From Nymphaea colorata (taxonomy: Eukaryota), in assembly GCF_008831285.2 (NCBI RefSeq), contig NC_045138.2:6696001-6760000 (forward strand): a stretch of 64,000 bases of DNA, in the 5' to 3' direction. The notes beneath the pieces were generated by a model. That model searched no databases and was not told the origin of the DNA. It saw only the letters and a program-made list of their open reading frames with translations. This document shows, piece by piece, positions 52,556 to 64,000 of this stretch; within the stretch, counting starts at the first letter, position 1; each line of letters begins with the position of its first letter. The position numbers and the translations under genes were made by a program.

Positions 52556-54335
52556 CGCGCGCGCCCCTACCAGACCACTTGGGTAAGGGATAAAGACCAA
52601 ATCTCATGAATTCGTGTTAAAAAGTGTTTTAAAGAGAGGTGAACCTTTTAATGTGTTTATCAACAATAGTTTAATAAAAAATCATGTTTTAGTTCAAGTC
52701 ATTTTATAAACAAAAAAAAAAAAACTTTCTACTATCAAAATTTTAATGTTGCAAGAGCTGTTCATTTTTTTATTATTAAAAGAACATTATTTAAGTAAAA
52801 AATGATTAATTTAATATATGTTTTTCACCAAATCACTCTTAAAGATCACATCTATATGGTTATGGTTAGATTGCATAAAAAACTGTAAGAATTCATTTTA
52901 ATGAATCTGGTATTTGTCTCTTAACTAAAATCCTCTTGTTTTAACTAACTTATTTACACACACTAGTCCTTGAACCATAATTGGCTGACTCGCCGAGTTG
53001 TTTTGGGAATCGCCGGAGTCAACTCAAATCACTAGAAAACCTGGCCATTGGCCCTGCTTGCCCTTGACTCTACCCGACTTGGTTTGACTCAGCCTAAAAC
53101 TAGCCTAACTCGGCTGTAACTCAGTCGATTCAGGTTATTTTAAAACTCGACCAAGTCGATGAGTCAACTTGCTCACCCGATGACCCGATCAACAGCCAAT
53201 TTGATTCCAAATCACGTGTTTGCCAACTATGCCTTGAACTATCATGTTATTCTCTCTACCATTTGTTTTTTATTTAATACAGAAAATAACTTTATATTTC
53301 ATGTTTAAATGCGATTACTCATAATGCTTAAATATGTTTTTTTAAGCGTTTAAATTTGTTCGATATTACGTTTTTATAGCTTCTTGAACCAGTAGCCAAG
53401 TCCCTGATGTTGAAGCGGCCAATACGTATCGTATCGGCCCCTTGTTAATATGAACCAGCCCGATATACAACTTCTTTTCACCTTTTTTTTCTTTTTGCTT
53501 TTTCAAACTTCAGTTAGTTTAATTCATTTTCTAGTTAGGCCGATTCGCCCTGATCCGGTACAGGTTAATTCTCTCCTTTCATAAAGCGATTCACCAAAGT
53601 TTCGCTCCGTGACATTTGGATCATCGGATCCATATACGCTTTTGGTCCGAACCCTTTAGACACAGTGAAAACTAAAACCAGATCCAGACCATGAAAAGCA
53701 AACAATTCAGGAACTCTCAAGTTCACGAACTTTATCATGTTCCTGGTCATCGTCTTCATGGAAATCAAACGTAGAAGAGTTAGCTAGTTGGTGAACTGCG
53801 TTGCGGAAATCAAGTAAATTCCACTTCCCATTTTTTCTTGCGCAGCTGATCACTTGAAACTAGGCGCCCAGTTCAGGGTTGAAAAACTACCAATTTCGCG
53901 AACTCAGTCACATTTTTCACAATCTTCTAAATCATCAAACATGACTAGAAAAAACAGGGGAAAGAACTTGGATTGAAGGAAGGTAGAGCAACACACCTCA
54001 TAGTGATCCACTAGCTCCTGGAAGTAGGCGTAGACCTTCTCACAGTTCTCCTTGCTCCAAACAAACTCATTAGTAGGGTCAAGAATGAGGGTGAGCTTGT
54101 CGGTCTGGGTCTGGTCAAACGCGTTCGTCACTGGGTCGATGTACGCCGCATAGATCCGGACATGGCGGGTCGTGCTGCTTAGCCACTGGCCGCCGTACTC
54201 CCTGGCCATGTTCTTGCTCTTGGACGGCAGCCGCTGCGGCTCGGCGGTCATCCTCACTCTCAGCCTTCTTCGGGTGCTCGCCGAGCCGAGTCTGAACAAG
54301 CTGGCGGAGCCGAGGTAGGCCGAGCTAGTCGCCAT
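52040..54335 (-). CDS. NdhM: NAD(P)H-quinone oxidoreductase subunit M, chloroplastic (NDH complex), 2 exons, 170 aa
   Basis: Exon 1 (54335-53997) has a Ser/Arg/Ala-rich transit peptide, then KNMAREYGGQWLSSTTRHVRIYAAYIDP...LDPTNEFVW...YFQELVDHYE. Exon 2 (52213-52040) reads GAPLDEYTLRLIGSDVEHYIRKMLYDGEIKYNMNARVLNFSMGKPR...TAG. The intron is GT-AG, phase 0. Confidence 0.96.
52581..52925. mobile_element. AT-rich MITE in NdhM intron, same family as 8643-8974
   Basis: GGGTAAGGGATAAAGACC ... GGTATTTGTCTCTTAAC ends and internal similarity to 8643-8974. Confidence 0.7.
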
Positions 54336-54425
54336 TGCTGGGGATGCACTGCAACCAGTTCCTTCAACAAGAAACTCTTTCTTCTTAGAAATGTCAGGGT
54401 TTTTTTATTTTGGGGAAATTGCTGT

Positions 54426-54447
54426 GATAAATTGGATAAGATTTTGG
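54426..54447 (-). promoter_or_regulatory. NdhM promoter light/clock module: I-box (GATAAG), CCAAT box, AAAATCT
   Basis: The minus strand reads ccAAAATCTTATCCAATTTATC about 100 bp upstream of the ATG. The overlapping motifs are typical of nuclear photosynthesis genes. Confidence 0.5.
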
Positions 54448-55546
54448 ATGGACAAGGCTTTCTCCGGTTTGAGAAGCAGAGAATGTGTGGCTCTTATAAG
54501 GCATCACATATCACATTATTTTAAGAAAAAATCACTTTAGTGACTGCTCTTTTTGCTAAAATCCCAAGCAGGGCCTGATATTCCATGTGTTCATCCGATA
54601 GGTCTCAGTTTTACCAATAATTGTCAAAAGAGGGGCTTATTTTATTGTTTTCTGTGTCTTTTCCATTTGCTTATTTAATTATTTTTTCATGTTTCTGTTG
54701 TTAGTTTCTTACTTATTTTATTTTTTTTAAAGATTTTTAAAATTTTCAAAATTTGGACCATATTTTCTTTTTTTTTTAAATACCAGAGAAAATTTTCACC
54801 ATTTAAAAGACAAGAACTTTTTTCATGCACACACACACACCTGACATCAATATTATTTCTCTCCGCCCATAGCTAGTCCTACTATTTTCATTTTATGAAA
54901 TTTTGGTTTTTTTTTTTTTAAGTTACATTACTTGAAATTGTCGATAATGTATTTTTTGCTGGAGTTACCTGATGGGTTAAATACGTAAATATTTGTAAAC
55001 ATTTAAAAATAAATGACAAAGAATTAATGTTTCCAAATATTGTAGCCTCAAAAATCATATATTTCACAAAATAAATACGGTTCCAGTGCCCATCGTCCGA
55101 TAAAATTGAACCAAATTTGGCATCATAAATTCAATTCATTAACCGAACCAGTGGGGCTGTTGATTCAGTGAATCGGCCGATTCAGTGCTTCAGGTAAATC
55201 AGTTGATAATTCGGCTACAAATATATAAAAATTCAGTTTTAAAAAATTAGTGAAAACATATATAAATTAATTAACAGGAAAACTTTAATGATTTAAACGT
55301 TGATGGCTGCCACATTTGAATCAGCCATTGAATTGAACCAGTTTGCCCCCAAGCTGATTAGCATCGGTTGATTCCGAAAACAGTGCTCAAAACAACTTCA
55401 AAATATTCATGAAACAGCTGCCAACAGATATGAGTAATATCGAGATCGATAATTTCTTTTGCCAGATGTTTGGGCCACTCGCGATATTTCATCTCCTCTA
55501 AATAATATATGCATGAGAAGCCGATAACGAGAGGAATTCAGTCAGC

Positions 55547-55548
<2 letters not shown>

Positions 55549-55606
<58 letters not shown>

Positions 55607-55609
55607 ATA

Positions 55610-55680
<71 letters not shown>
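55549..55680. repeat. Compound (CT)n(TA)n microsatellite
   Basis: Seen directly. Confidence 0.95.
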
Positions 55681-55684
<4 letters not shown>

Positions 55685-55744
55685 AGGCAAAGAATAGATA
55701 GTACAAAGACATGAAAAACGTACGTATGTTTCGGCGGCTCACAA

Positions 55745-58700
55745 TAGAGTTGCACACAAGCCGAGTTGAGCCCGAGCTTGCCCAGCTCGAGCTCGACTCG
55801 GCTCAAAGAGCTCGATCTCGAGCTCGACTCGGCTCAAAGAGCTCGAGCTCGAACTCGAGTCGAGTTCCCTAACAAAAGTTCGACTCGACTATACATAGTC
55901 GAGCTTGAGCTCGACTCGTTTAACTCGTTTAGTTTAGCTGTTTACTTGTTTAGCATTAAGTCTCTTTTAACTCATTTAACTCGTTTAGGCGTAATTTAAC
56001 TCATTAACTTGTTTATCTCGTTTAGGCGTAATTTAACTCGTTTAGCTCGTTTAGGCGTAATTTAACTCGTTAACTCGTTTAACATAATTTATGTCAATAA
56101 ATGTAGATTACCCTTAGTCGTATGAACATAAAATTAGGAATTAGCAATATGCCAATGTAATAACAATTTGGTGTGCTCACATAATTTCAGAAATGCCAGA
56201 AGTGCTATAAAATGTAGCTGCTATTACAAATAATCAGTGATAAACCTCGGCAGCTAGGAACTGAGAATTATGTGGTATAGCATCGACTTTGTATTGCACC
56301 GTCTTAAGAAAAAAAATATGGAACAAAGAACACAGATCATGGGCATTTAGAAAATTAGAATATCATGAATAAGAATACCATCTTTAAGAAGGCATGTATA
56401 GCTAATGAACTGACATGGTACCTTCTTGAAGAACTTCGAATAAGAATTGTCCCAGATGAGTCTGTATAACCCAGCAATGCATGTACAGAAATAGGCAAAG
56501 CAGAAGAACCTAATGCATGACATTCACATTCCTGCCTCCCAACATGTAATATTATGATTTTGCACATGACAATTCACATTCCAGCCTCCCAACATGCAAT
56601 ATTAGCAACAGTATAAATTATAAGAGGCCACATAAATAAAACATTTAATCAACAGACTACAGAAAATGTGTGTCCCAAAGGCATGGTATAATGCAGGTCC
56701 CAATACATCATGCTGCCTTAACTTTCAGAAGTTTATTCCTTTAACTGGAGGATGTCTATAAGACTAACATCCTAACAAGAAAGAATGTAAGAACCCAGAT
56801 TGACCCCTCAGAAGTCAGAACTTTCTTCTTGTCCTTCAGAACTTTCTCCATTGTGAGCTCATTGCTAACAGTCGATCTTATCATTGAAATCAGGAAGGTG
56901 TAGGAGAAACCAAGCTCCTTTGCTTCAGTTGCAAGAGACCATGTTAAGAGAAGAAGCAAACCTGCACACTGTGCTTCTCACAACTGGAATTTGGAAAAGC
57001 ACGTCAAGCTATGGTGGGCAGCGAAGAAAACTTTCAATATAGTCATATAATAAAATTCTGGGATCATTTCTACAAGAAATTTGAACATTTAGGAAAAGTA
57101 CAATAAAACAGCGAATAGCTACTAGAAGCTGCAGCCATGGCAGGCTTGGTGTGGAAATCCATCAACTACTACTGAATACACGTGGTTGGATTGCTATGTC
57201 ACATTACTGTCAATTTTAAAAAATGACTTTTTAAGTACACAATGGTCATAAACACTGACAATAATGGAACCAAAGACATCAAGAAGCAAAAGATACAACA
57301 CTAACATTTCTTAAGAGGTGAAGGAAAGTTAAGAAACCGTATCATTAACTCGAATTCGCATACTCACTTCATATAGAAGCTATCCACACAATCATGAGTC
57401 ATGAACATTGGACATCAAAGCTGAAAACTGCAATAGGCAACGGAAACAAACACTAGAATCACATTAGATCAAGAAAAAGAAGAAAACAAAAGAAAGAGAA
57501 AAAACAAGCATTACCAAGAGGCAACTTAAATCATTCTAATGATATATATTCACTTGATTCATCCTCAACCTGAAAGAAATACATATAGTCAATTAACAAA
57601 TGGTTCACAAAATATTTAATGAATATAATTTCTTCAAAATATACTTACTTTTGTGAACATTTCATGCATTGGATCACCATCATTTTTTATCCAATTACCC
57701 AAACAAACCAAAGCATCAACTGTTTTTTTGCATCAATGAACTACGACTGACAATTCGACCTCCTGTACTAAAAGCTTTTTCTGAAGCAACAGAAGTTATT
57801 GGAATTGACAATAGATCACGTGTCATTTGTGAAAGAATTCAATACTTAGATTCCTTATCCTTCCACCATTGTAAAATATTGAAAGAATCTTCATCACCAT
57901 TATCATCATGTTTAATCAATCTGTCCTCCAAATATGTGTCTATCTCAGATTTGGAGACCTGAAAAACAACATTCTCAGCTTTACCTAAAACTTAAAAAAT
58001 AGCTGTCTTCCACCAGATGGTGTGTCTCGACTCGCTCGACTTTGAATACTAGAGGAATTAGTTGCTGTGGTAGAAATATTGACATCCACTTCATTTCTTT
58101 GAACGTAAGTTTCATAAACATCTTGTAAATATTGTTTTATCATTTGCATTTGTTTTTTCCTTTCTTCTCTTGACTGGTAAATTCTTGAAAAGACAAATTC
58201 TGATAATGTGTGTTTCACGCGTGGATCTAATATAGATGCAATAACCATTAAGAAGCTACAGGATTTCCAATATTTATCAAATTTTTCATTCATTTTCACT
58301 GTCATTTCCTTCATAAATCCACCTTCATTTTCAACCTTTTCCTGTAATATTTCTTGAACTCTCTAAATTTCAAGAAAATACAAGTTTGATGTTGCATAAG
58401 ATGACCCAGAAATAAGGTAGACACATCATAAAAAAACTTGAAGAAAATCACATATCACTGTTATTTTTTTCCAATTCTCAGGTCCAAACAACCATACCAA
58501 GTCTAGGTCTTCCAAGCTATATCTTGCAAAAACATTTTTATATTCAAGATTTGTTTCCAACATAAAATATGTTGAATTCCATCGAGTTGGTACATCTAAC
58601 ACTAACTTCTTTGTCATTGAAATTTCCAACTCTCTAGCTGTAGTTGCAAAACCATGGAGTCTTGAAGGTGAAACTTTAATATATTTTACTGCATCTCTAA

Positions 58701-60835
58701 TGCTAATGATTTCATCTTTAATGACTCTCAACTCATCTTGTACCATCAAATTCAAAATATGTGCACAACATTGCACATGAAAAAATTTACATCCATAATA
58801 CAAGTTGATGCAGCTTTTTTCCATGTTCTCTTTTAATTTTCTGATAAAAACATCATTTGATGAAGCATTGTCAACTGTAATAGATATTTTTTTTTTTTAA
58901 TCTCTCAGATATTATTTTTTTTTAATCACTCACTCTACAAGATGCTTAGCAATTACATTTGCTAAAACTAACCTAGTATGAGGAGGCTCAACTTCGGTAA
59001 AGTTGATGATACGTTGTTGCATATTTCACTATTTATCAATGAAATGTGTTGTTAATGTCATATATCCAAGTTATTGTAGTCAAAGCAATCTTATTAACAC
59101 CTTTCAAGACAAGAAGCAATTTCTTCTTTTCATCTTCATATAATTTCATAACATCTCTTTTAACTGTCGTTCTTGAAACTGGCACCCAATTAGAAAAAGC
59201 AAGCCTAAGAAGGAACCTAAACCAGAAATTATCCGCTATAAAAAAAGTGTGTTCTCCGGTTGCCACTAGTTTTGCAACCATCTCTCTTATTGACTGAGCA
59301 TCGATGTTGGAACTCATTTCATTCACCTTCTTCGTGACATTTGATGTATTCCTAGATTTAAAACTTAAAATCGTTTGCTTGTTGTTAGCAAAACGTGTCA
59401 AACATTTTTGTCTTCTCATTAATGATGTAGATCCTCCTGCACTTATCAAAAACATTGTAGTGCAGTACTTACATTTTTCTTTTTTGATACCATTTACAAT
59501 GACATCGTCAAAATCATTCCATATTATAGAAGTCTTTGCCCTTGATCTTTTTGCACCACTAATACGTGCTTCAGGAGCCTCTACTGAAATTCCTTCATTT
59601 TCAGTGTCTTGCGAATCCATATGAGTTTTATTAGAGGAATGTACTCCGATTGGGGTATCATCTGAACTCTGTCTCGAATCACCTACTTGTTTGCCCTTAT
59701 TAATGATATTTCTTTCTAAATTTGTCACTCTTCAAACTAGGATTTTGTACCTTAGATGGCTCTTGACCTCTCCCTCGGTCCTGTAAATCCATATCACAGG
59801 ATATAAAATGAATATTATTGTCCTAAACTTATGACAACCAAAATGCAACAAAACTGGAAGCACATAAAAGTCTCTAGTTGACAGCATAAATTTGTCAACT
59901 AGAACCATTATAAAGGAGAACAAACAAAAGAAAAACAAGAAAAACCCACGATTTATCATTGATTCACTAAAAGAAAAACCGGAAAAAATCTAGAACAAAA
60001 TATTAAACTCCCTGAATTTGGGAAAGAAACATCTGTTGGCAACAAATTTGTTAGTTTCAGGGTGACACATAAACTAAAAAAATCTACACCACATAAAGCA
60101 AATATAGGGGATAAATCATGATTTTTTCTTGAGTGTTACTGTGAGATTTTTTCTGTGTGTGTGTGTCAGAGAGAGAGAGGGAGTACCAGAATAGGCCCAT
60201 GCAACAGGAAGACCTCACCTCACGTTGTGAAAGAGATGAGCAGAGCGCAACAAGCGTGTCTTTGTTCGAGGAGACGGAGAGGGAGAAGCATTTGCAGGAG
60301 GAACCGAAAATAGGAATCGCGATGAAAACAAGAAAGAGAATGCAGAAAGAAAGTGAGAGAGAGAGAGAGAACTTACACAAGCAGGAACCTTCATCTGAAA
60401 GTTGAAGGGAGAAGGACCAGAAGGCTGAAGCAGAGAGTACACGCAGGAACCTTGGGCTGAAAGCAGAGCAGAGCAGCCGGCTGACCTTGAAGGCTTGAAG
60501 GATGAAGGCTGAAGTGGCCCGTGGACGAGTAAAGGTTAGGCCGTTAGGGTCGCAAACTCACAATGGAGGAAAAGTTTCAGTCACAGAAAGAGAATGGGAG
60601 AAGAGAAGGAGAAGTCGGAGAGAGCTAGAGGGAGAGTCAGAGTCGGAGAAAAGGAAACCGTAAAACAAAAAAGTGTTTCCCACCTGAGACTATTCTGAAC
60701 CGGTTTAAAAAAAAAAAAAAACGGTATTGTAATTAATTCGAGCCTGAGTCGAGCTTTAACGAGTCCAGTTGAGTGAACTCGAGCTCGTCTCGTTTAACTA
60801 ATGATGCAGCTCGAACTCGCTTATGAGTCGAGCTT
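55745..60835 (-). mobile_element. hAT (Ac/Tam3-like) DNA transposon, decayed
   Basis: The left end TAGAGTTGCACAC is followed by dense GAGCTCG/CTCGAG/AACTCGTTTA subterminal repeats (55760-56080). Similar repeats recur at 60738-60835, and a transposase pseudogene lies inside. The right TIR was not clearly found. Confidence 0.85.
57531..59620 (-). pseudogene. BED-finger hAT transposase (RICESLEEPER/DAYSLEEPER-like) pseudogene
   Basis: BED-like IWNDF...KCKYC...GGSTSLMR, then SITVDNASSND, FFHVQCCAHILNLMVQD, LDVPTRWNSTYFML, ASILDPRVK and the dimerisation region ILQWWK...RDLLSIPITSVASEKAFSTGGR. Split over several frames with stops. Confidence 0.92.
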
Positions 60836-60837
60836 AA

Positions 60838-61025
60838 ATGGCGGAGCCAGGAATTTTTTGTCGCAAGAAATAAACTATAGTTTCAAAGTTGTGACATGGG
60901 TAGAAATAGAAATCTTTAAATTTGTATATATATTAAACTAAACTTTGTTAGATTTACATATGAATTTTTAAAGTTTTTAAAATCTGAAAGGAGGGGGGCA
61001 AGGCCCTGCCGGCCCTTTCCCTGCA
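60838..61025. mobile_element. GGCGGAGCC-family MITE fragment abutting the hAT element
   Basis: It begins tggcggagccaggaattttttg and continues with an AT core and ggggggcaaggccc, as in the other family copies. Confidence 0.6.
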
Positions 61026-61712
61026 CCCATATATATATATATATACACACACGGCTGGATAGCCCTTTTTTGATAGAGAATGACGGCCTTTGGGGCCCAT
61101 TATTAGGCAAAAAATAGATCAATACAAAAACATGCAAAAATGTACAGAACAATCATCAAATCAAACTTTATGAATCAACAGATCCAGGGAAAGGAGACTT
61201 TATAGAATTAGATTTCACCCTTGCATTTAACAGCTCAATAGCTTCCTCTAAGGATTATGATTAAATCGATGGCAGTACTGATGGAAGAAAGAACGACCCA
61301 TTCCTTTACGATAAAGAATCAGAGCATGTTTCAGTTTTCTCCTCCAACAACAACCAGATTGGAATACTTCAGCAATGTTTCCTAAGAAAGCTTCAGCCTC
61401 CCATTTGTATTTAACTTGGAAGTATCTAATGTTTGACTGCACCTCCATACCATCTCGTCTTTTTATCACCGCAAACAATGTTCAGTTAGGTACGACACCG
61501 GTACTGGTATTGTCGAGGGTACTTTTTGGGTATTGGTCAAACAGTACTAAGTTGATCGAGTCTTTTCTTATCCAAAATTTAGGATTTCAGTTTTGTTCTT
61601 TACACCATTTAAGTTGAGGAAGCACATAAAAAGCTGCATTTTCATATTTTGTTCAATAGTTTCTTCTTTAGAAACTATAAATTTTGAATCATCAATGTGT
61701 TATTTTGTTTGA

Positions 61713-61766
<54 letters not shown>

Positions 61767-62065
61767 CACCTGTACCTATTTGACATATCGTGCATTAGTA
61801 GCTTCCCCTATTTACCTAAATATAAACACCATTTATTTGTAGGAAGAGCATGGCTTTTCATACCAAAACTATCTTGGGAGTCTCTCTTTGCCTTCCCATA
61901 TGTTTTGTATATTCATATATGTTTGAGCATAACTACCTTCAAGCTGCTTCAGTACAAACGATCCCCACAATCAACCAGCTTGATTTGTTGTAGTATGAGC
62001 TTTTCTATGGAGATGAGTTTTCTTGTTGCAGAAAAAACTAAGTGCTCTTCATGAATCTGGCCAAA

Positions 62066-62412
62066 GAAGTCACACAAAACGCGTTTTTTTCAAAAAAATG
62101 TGAAAAAAACGTGATAAATTAGCTAGCCATTTAAAACTTTTAAAAACCTTAAAAAAACATTAAAAACGAAACACACTTTTTTCATTTTTTCAGTTTTTTA
62201 ATGTCAAACATTTTTTTTCATTTTCTATTTTATATATGTTGCAAATCTACTTATCTTTTGATGTTTGTGTTATTAGTTTTTCACTTATTTTACTTTTTCC
62301 TTATTTTTAGTTTTTTAAAATTTACCCTTTTTTCCTATTTTTTTCAGTTCATCGTATTATACCCGAGAAAAACCTTGCCGTTTAAAACTCCGAAAAGTTA
62401 TTTGAGACTATA
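62066..62412. mobile_element. MITE (TATAGT(C/T)(A/G)CAAATAAC family), inverted relative to 63209-63606
   Basis: Right end is gttatttgagactata. The internal aaatctacttatcttttgatgtttgtgttattagtttttcacttatttta is the reverse complement of 63349-63398. Confidence 0.85.
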
Positions 62413-63208
62413 ATTCAGACCACAATTTTACTTTGTCACCATTGACTACAAACCAGTTGATCGAATGACATACATCCTCTCATGCCCACAAAATCCTTCT
62501 TCCAAGCCCATGAAATTTTTTGTTTTAGGCTTATATGTCCAAAGACTATACGATATCCCTATGTCTCACAAAGGCTGCCCACTTAGAATCAGAAATTCTA
62601 GATTTAAAAGCCACATGAGTCATTTGGGTCTTATTAAAAGCATGGTCACAAATAATGTATCAAAGTTTTAAACGGCGACCTTCTTCTCGCTTAAAAAAAG
62701 AAAAAATTCGGTAAATTTTAAAGAAATTTAAAAAACTAAAAATGAGGAGAAAATAAAATAAGTGAGAAACTAATAACACAAACATCAAAATATTGGTAGA
62801 GTTGTAACAATAATGGCAGACTCAAGTATCTTGTAAGAAGAGTAATCTTGCCCCACTCTAAGATTATGCTCACATTTTTACATCCCACTTCAGATATATT
62901 AAAAGGAAAGAATCCATATTTCTGGTTGTTCGAAGCAATACCAGCAAGTCTTCTCAAATTCCTTGAGCATTGTTTTGGTCTGTATTAAGGATCTCTAATC
63001 ACAATTACAGTAAATGAGCTAGTCATCAAACAAAATAGTTTCTAGGGGACAACTCTAGGGCATCTACAAATCTTGGGTATTTCAATCTTCTTATGAATGA
63101 CAACTCGTTTCAGCTAATTTCTGTCGGTTTTGAAAAAAAATCTTAGGTATTTTAATCTTATTTTCCAATAATCGGCCAGAACTTTTTTTAAAAAATCAAT
63201 GTTATAAG

Positions 63209-63606
63209 TATAGTTGCAAATAACGTTTCAAAGTTTTAAACAACGAGGTTTTCTCGGGTATAATACAACGAGCTTGAAAAGAAGGGGAAAAACTAGAAAA
63301 ATATGATAAATTTTTAAAATTTTAAGAAAACTAAAAATAGAGAGAAAATAAAATAAGTGAAAAACTAATAACACAAACATCAAAAGATAAGTAGATTTGT
63401 AACAAAGAAAAAGTAAATAAATAAAAAAAAACTGTTTGGCATTAAAAAATAAAAAGGTGAAAAAACTGAAAAAAAACACGTTAAAGACGCTTTTTTTGTT
63501 TTAATGTTTAAAAAAAACGTTTTTTTAAGTTTTAATGGGTAATGTAATTTATCCCATTTTTTCACGTTATTTTTCGAGAAGAAAAAATATGTTTATTGTG
63601 ACTATA
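63209..63606. mobile_element. hAT-type MITE inserted in the LINE
   Basis: TIRs TATAGTTGCAAATAAC / GTTTATTGTGACTATA and TSD gttataag/attataac. Removing it restores the LINE reading SPGCY-NIDF..KKFWPIIG. Confidence 0.88.
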
Positions 63607-64000
63607 ATTATAACAACCAGGACTAAGGATACGTCCATTTCCCATGCTAAACACAGCAGATCTAACTTCAAATTCCATTATTGTGACACACAGAAATCTG
63701 TTTTCCAGGTTTGTCACATTCGGCTCTTCACATAATATATCACACATTTCACCTCATTCACCATCATCTAAAAAGAATTTCTCATAGATCATGTATACTT
63801 CAAGGACTATCAGAGCTCCTTCCATTGATATTCATTGCATTAATTTTCTTGTTCTGATTTCTCGTATTAACATAAGAACGAAAGAATTTTGTATTTTGGT
63901 CTCTCTCGTTAACCATTTGATTCTTCCTTTTTGCTTCCCAAAATACTTCTCTAAAAGCTACATCTAACTCTTGCCTTATTAAAAATTCGTAACCATTTGA

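Larger units (their letters stand above)
61066..64000 (-). mobile_element. Degenerate L1-type LINE ORF2 (RT and downstream) interrupted by MITEs, running off the window
   Basis: Minus-strand motifs occur in LINE order: EVFW-KQKGRIKWL-RDQNTKFF (about 63950-63885), EVRSAVFSMGNG...SPG (63670-63615), KKFWPIIGK (63190-63160), LFDD*LIY...KEFE-RLAG...TRYLSLPL (63035-62815), SWAWKK...WFVVNGDKVKLWSE (62515-62413). A putative 3' end tctctatcaaaaaa lies at 61079-61066. Confidence 0.85.

Noticed and set aside
55097..55111. ccgataaaattgaac, resembling part of U6
   Set aside because: Only about 15 nt and embedded in a MITE-like end; likely chance.
55760..56080. Regular short-repeat array that could be mistaken for CRISPR
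   Set aside because: No unique spacers, eukaryotic context, and explained as hAT subterminal repeats.

Overview
Plant nuclear (angiosperm) DNA. It is AT-rich, with spliceosomal introns, long (TA)n/(AG)n microsatellites and many MITEs. A basal-angiosperm source such as Nymphaea is only an impression. Three intact protein genes could be spliced by hand into open frames: DRP5A (+, 17 exons, 16381-30484, 813 aa), a SOP1/C3H7-type five-CCCH zinc-finger nuclear-exosome cofactor (-, 10 exons, 48367-33423, about 1535 aa) and plastid NDH subunit NdhM (-, 2 exons, 54335-52040, 170 aa). The rest holds a decayed BED-finger hAT transposon (about 55.7-60.8 kb), degenerate L1-type LINE pieces (one interrupted by three MITEs of one family) and many hAT-type MITEs with 8-bp TSDs. 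Most notable observations: (1) a collinear, deletion-collapsed duplicate at 1.9-4.15 kb that fuses DRP5A upstream DNA to DRP5A intron 8/exon 9; (2) an inverted MITE pair in DRP5A intron 9 that could fold the pre-mRNA; (3) GC-AG introns in both DRP5A and the zinc-finger gene; (4) a truncated U6 snRNA copy; (5) a plastid-derived trnL-ndhB spacer insertion. I found no convincing wholly new gene system. All homology calls are from remembered motifs, not database searches.
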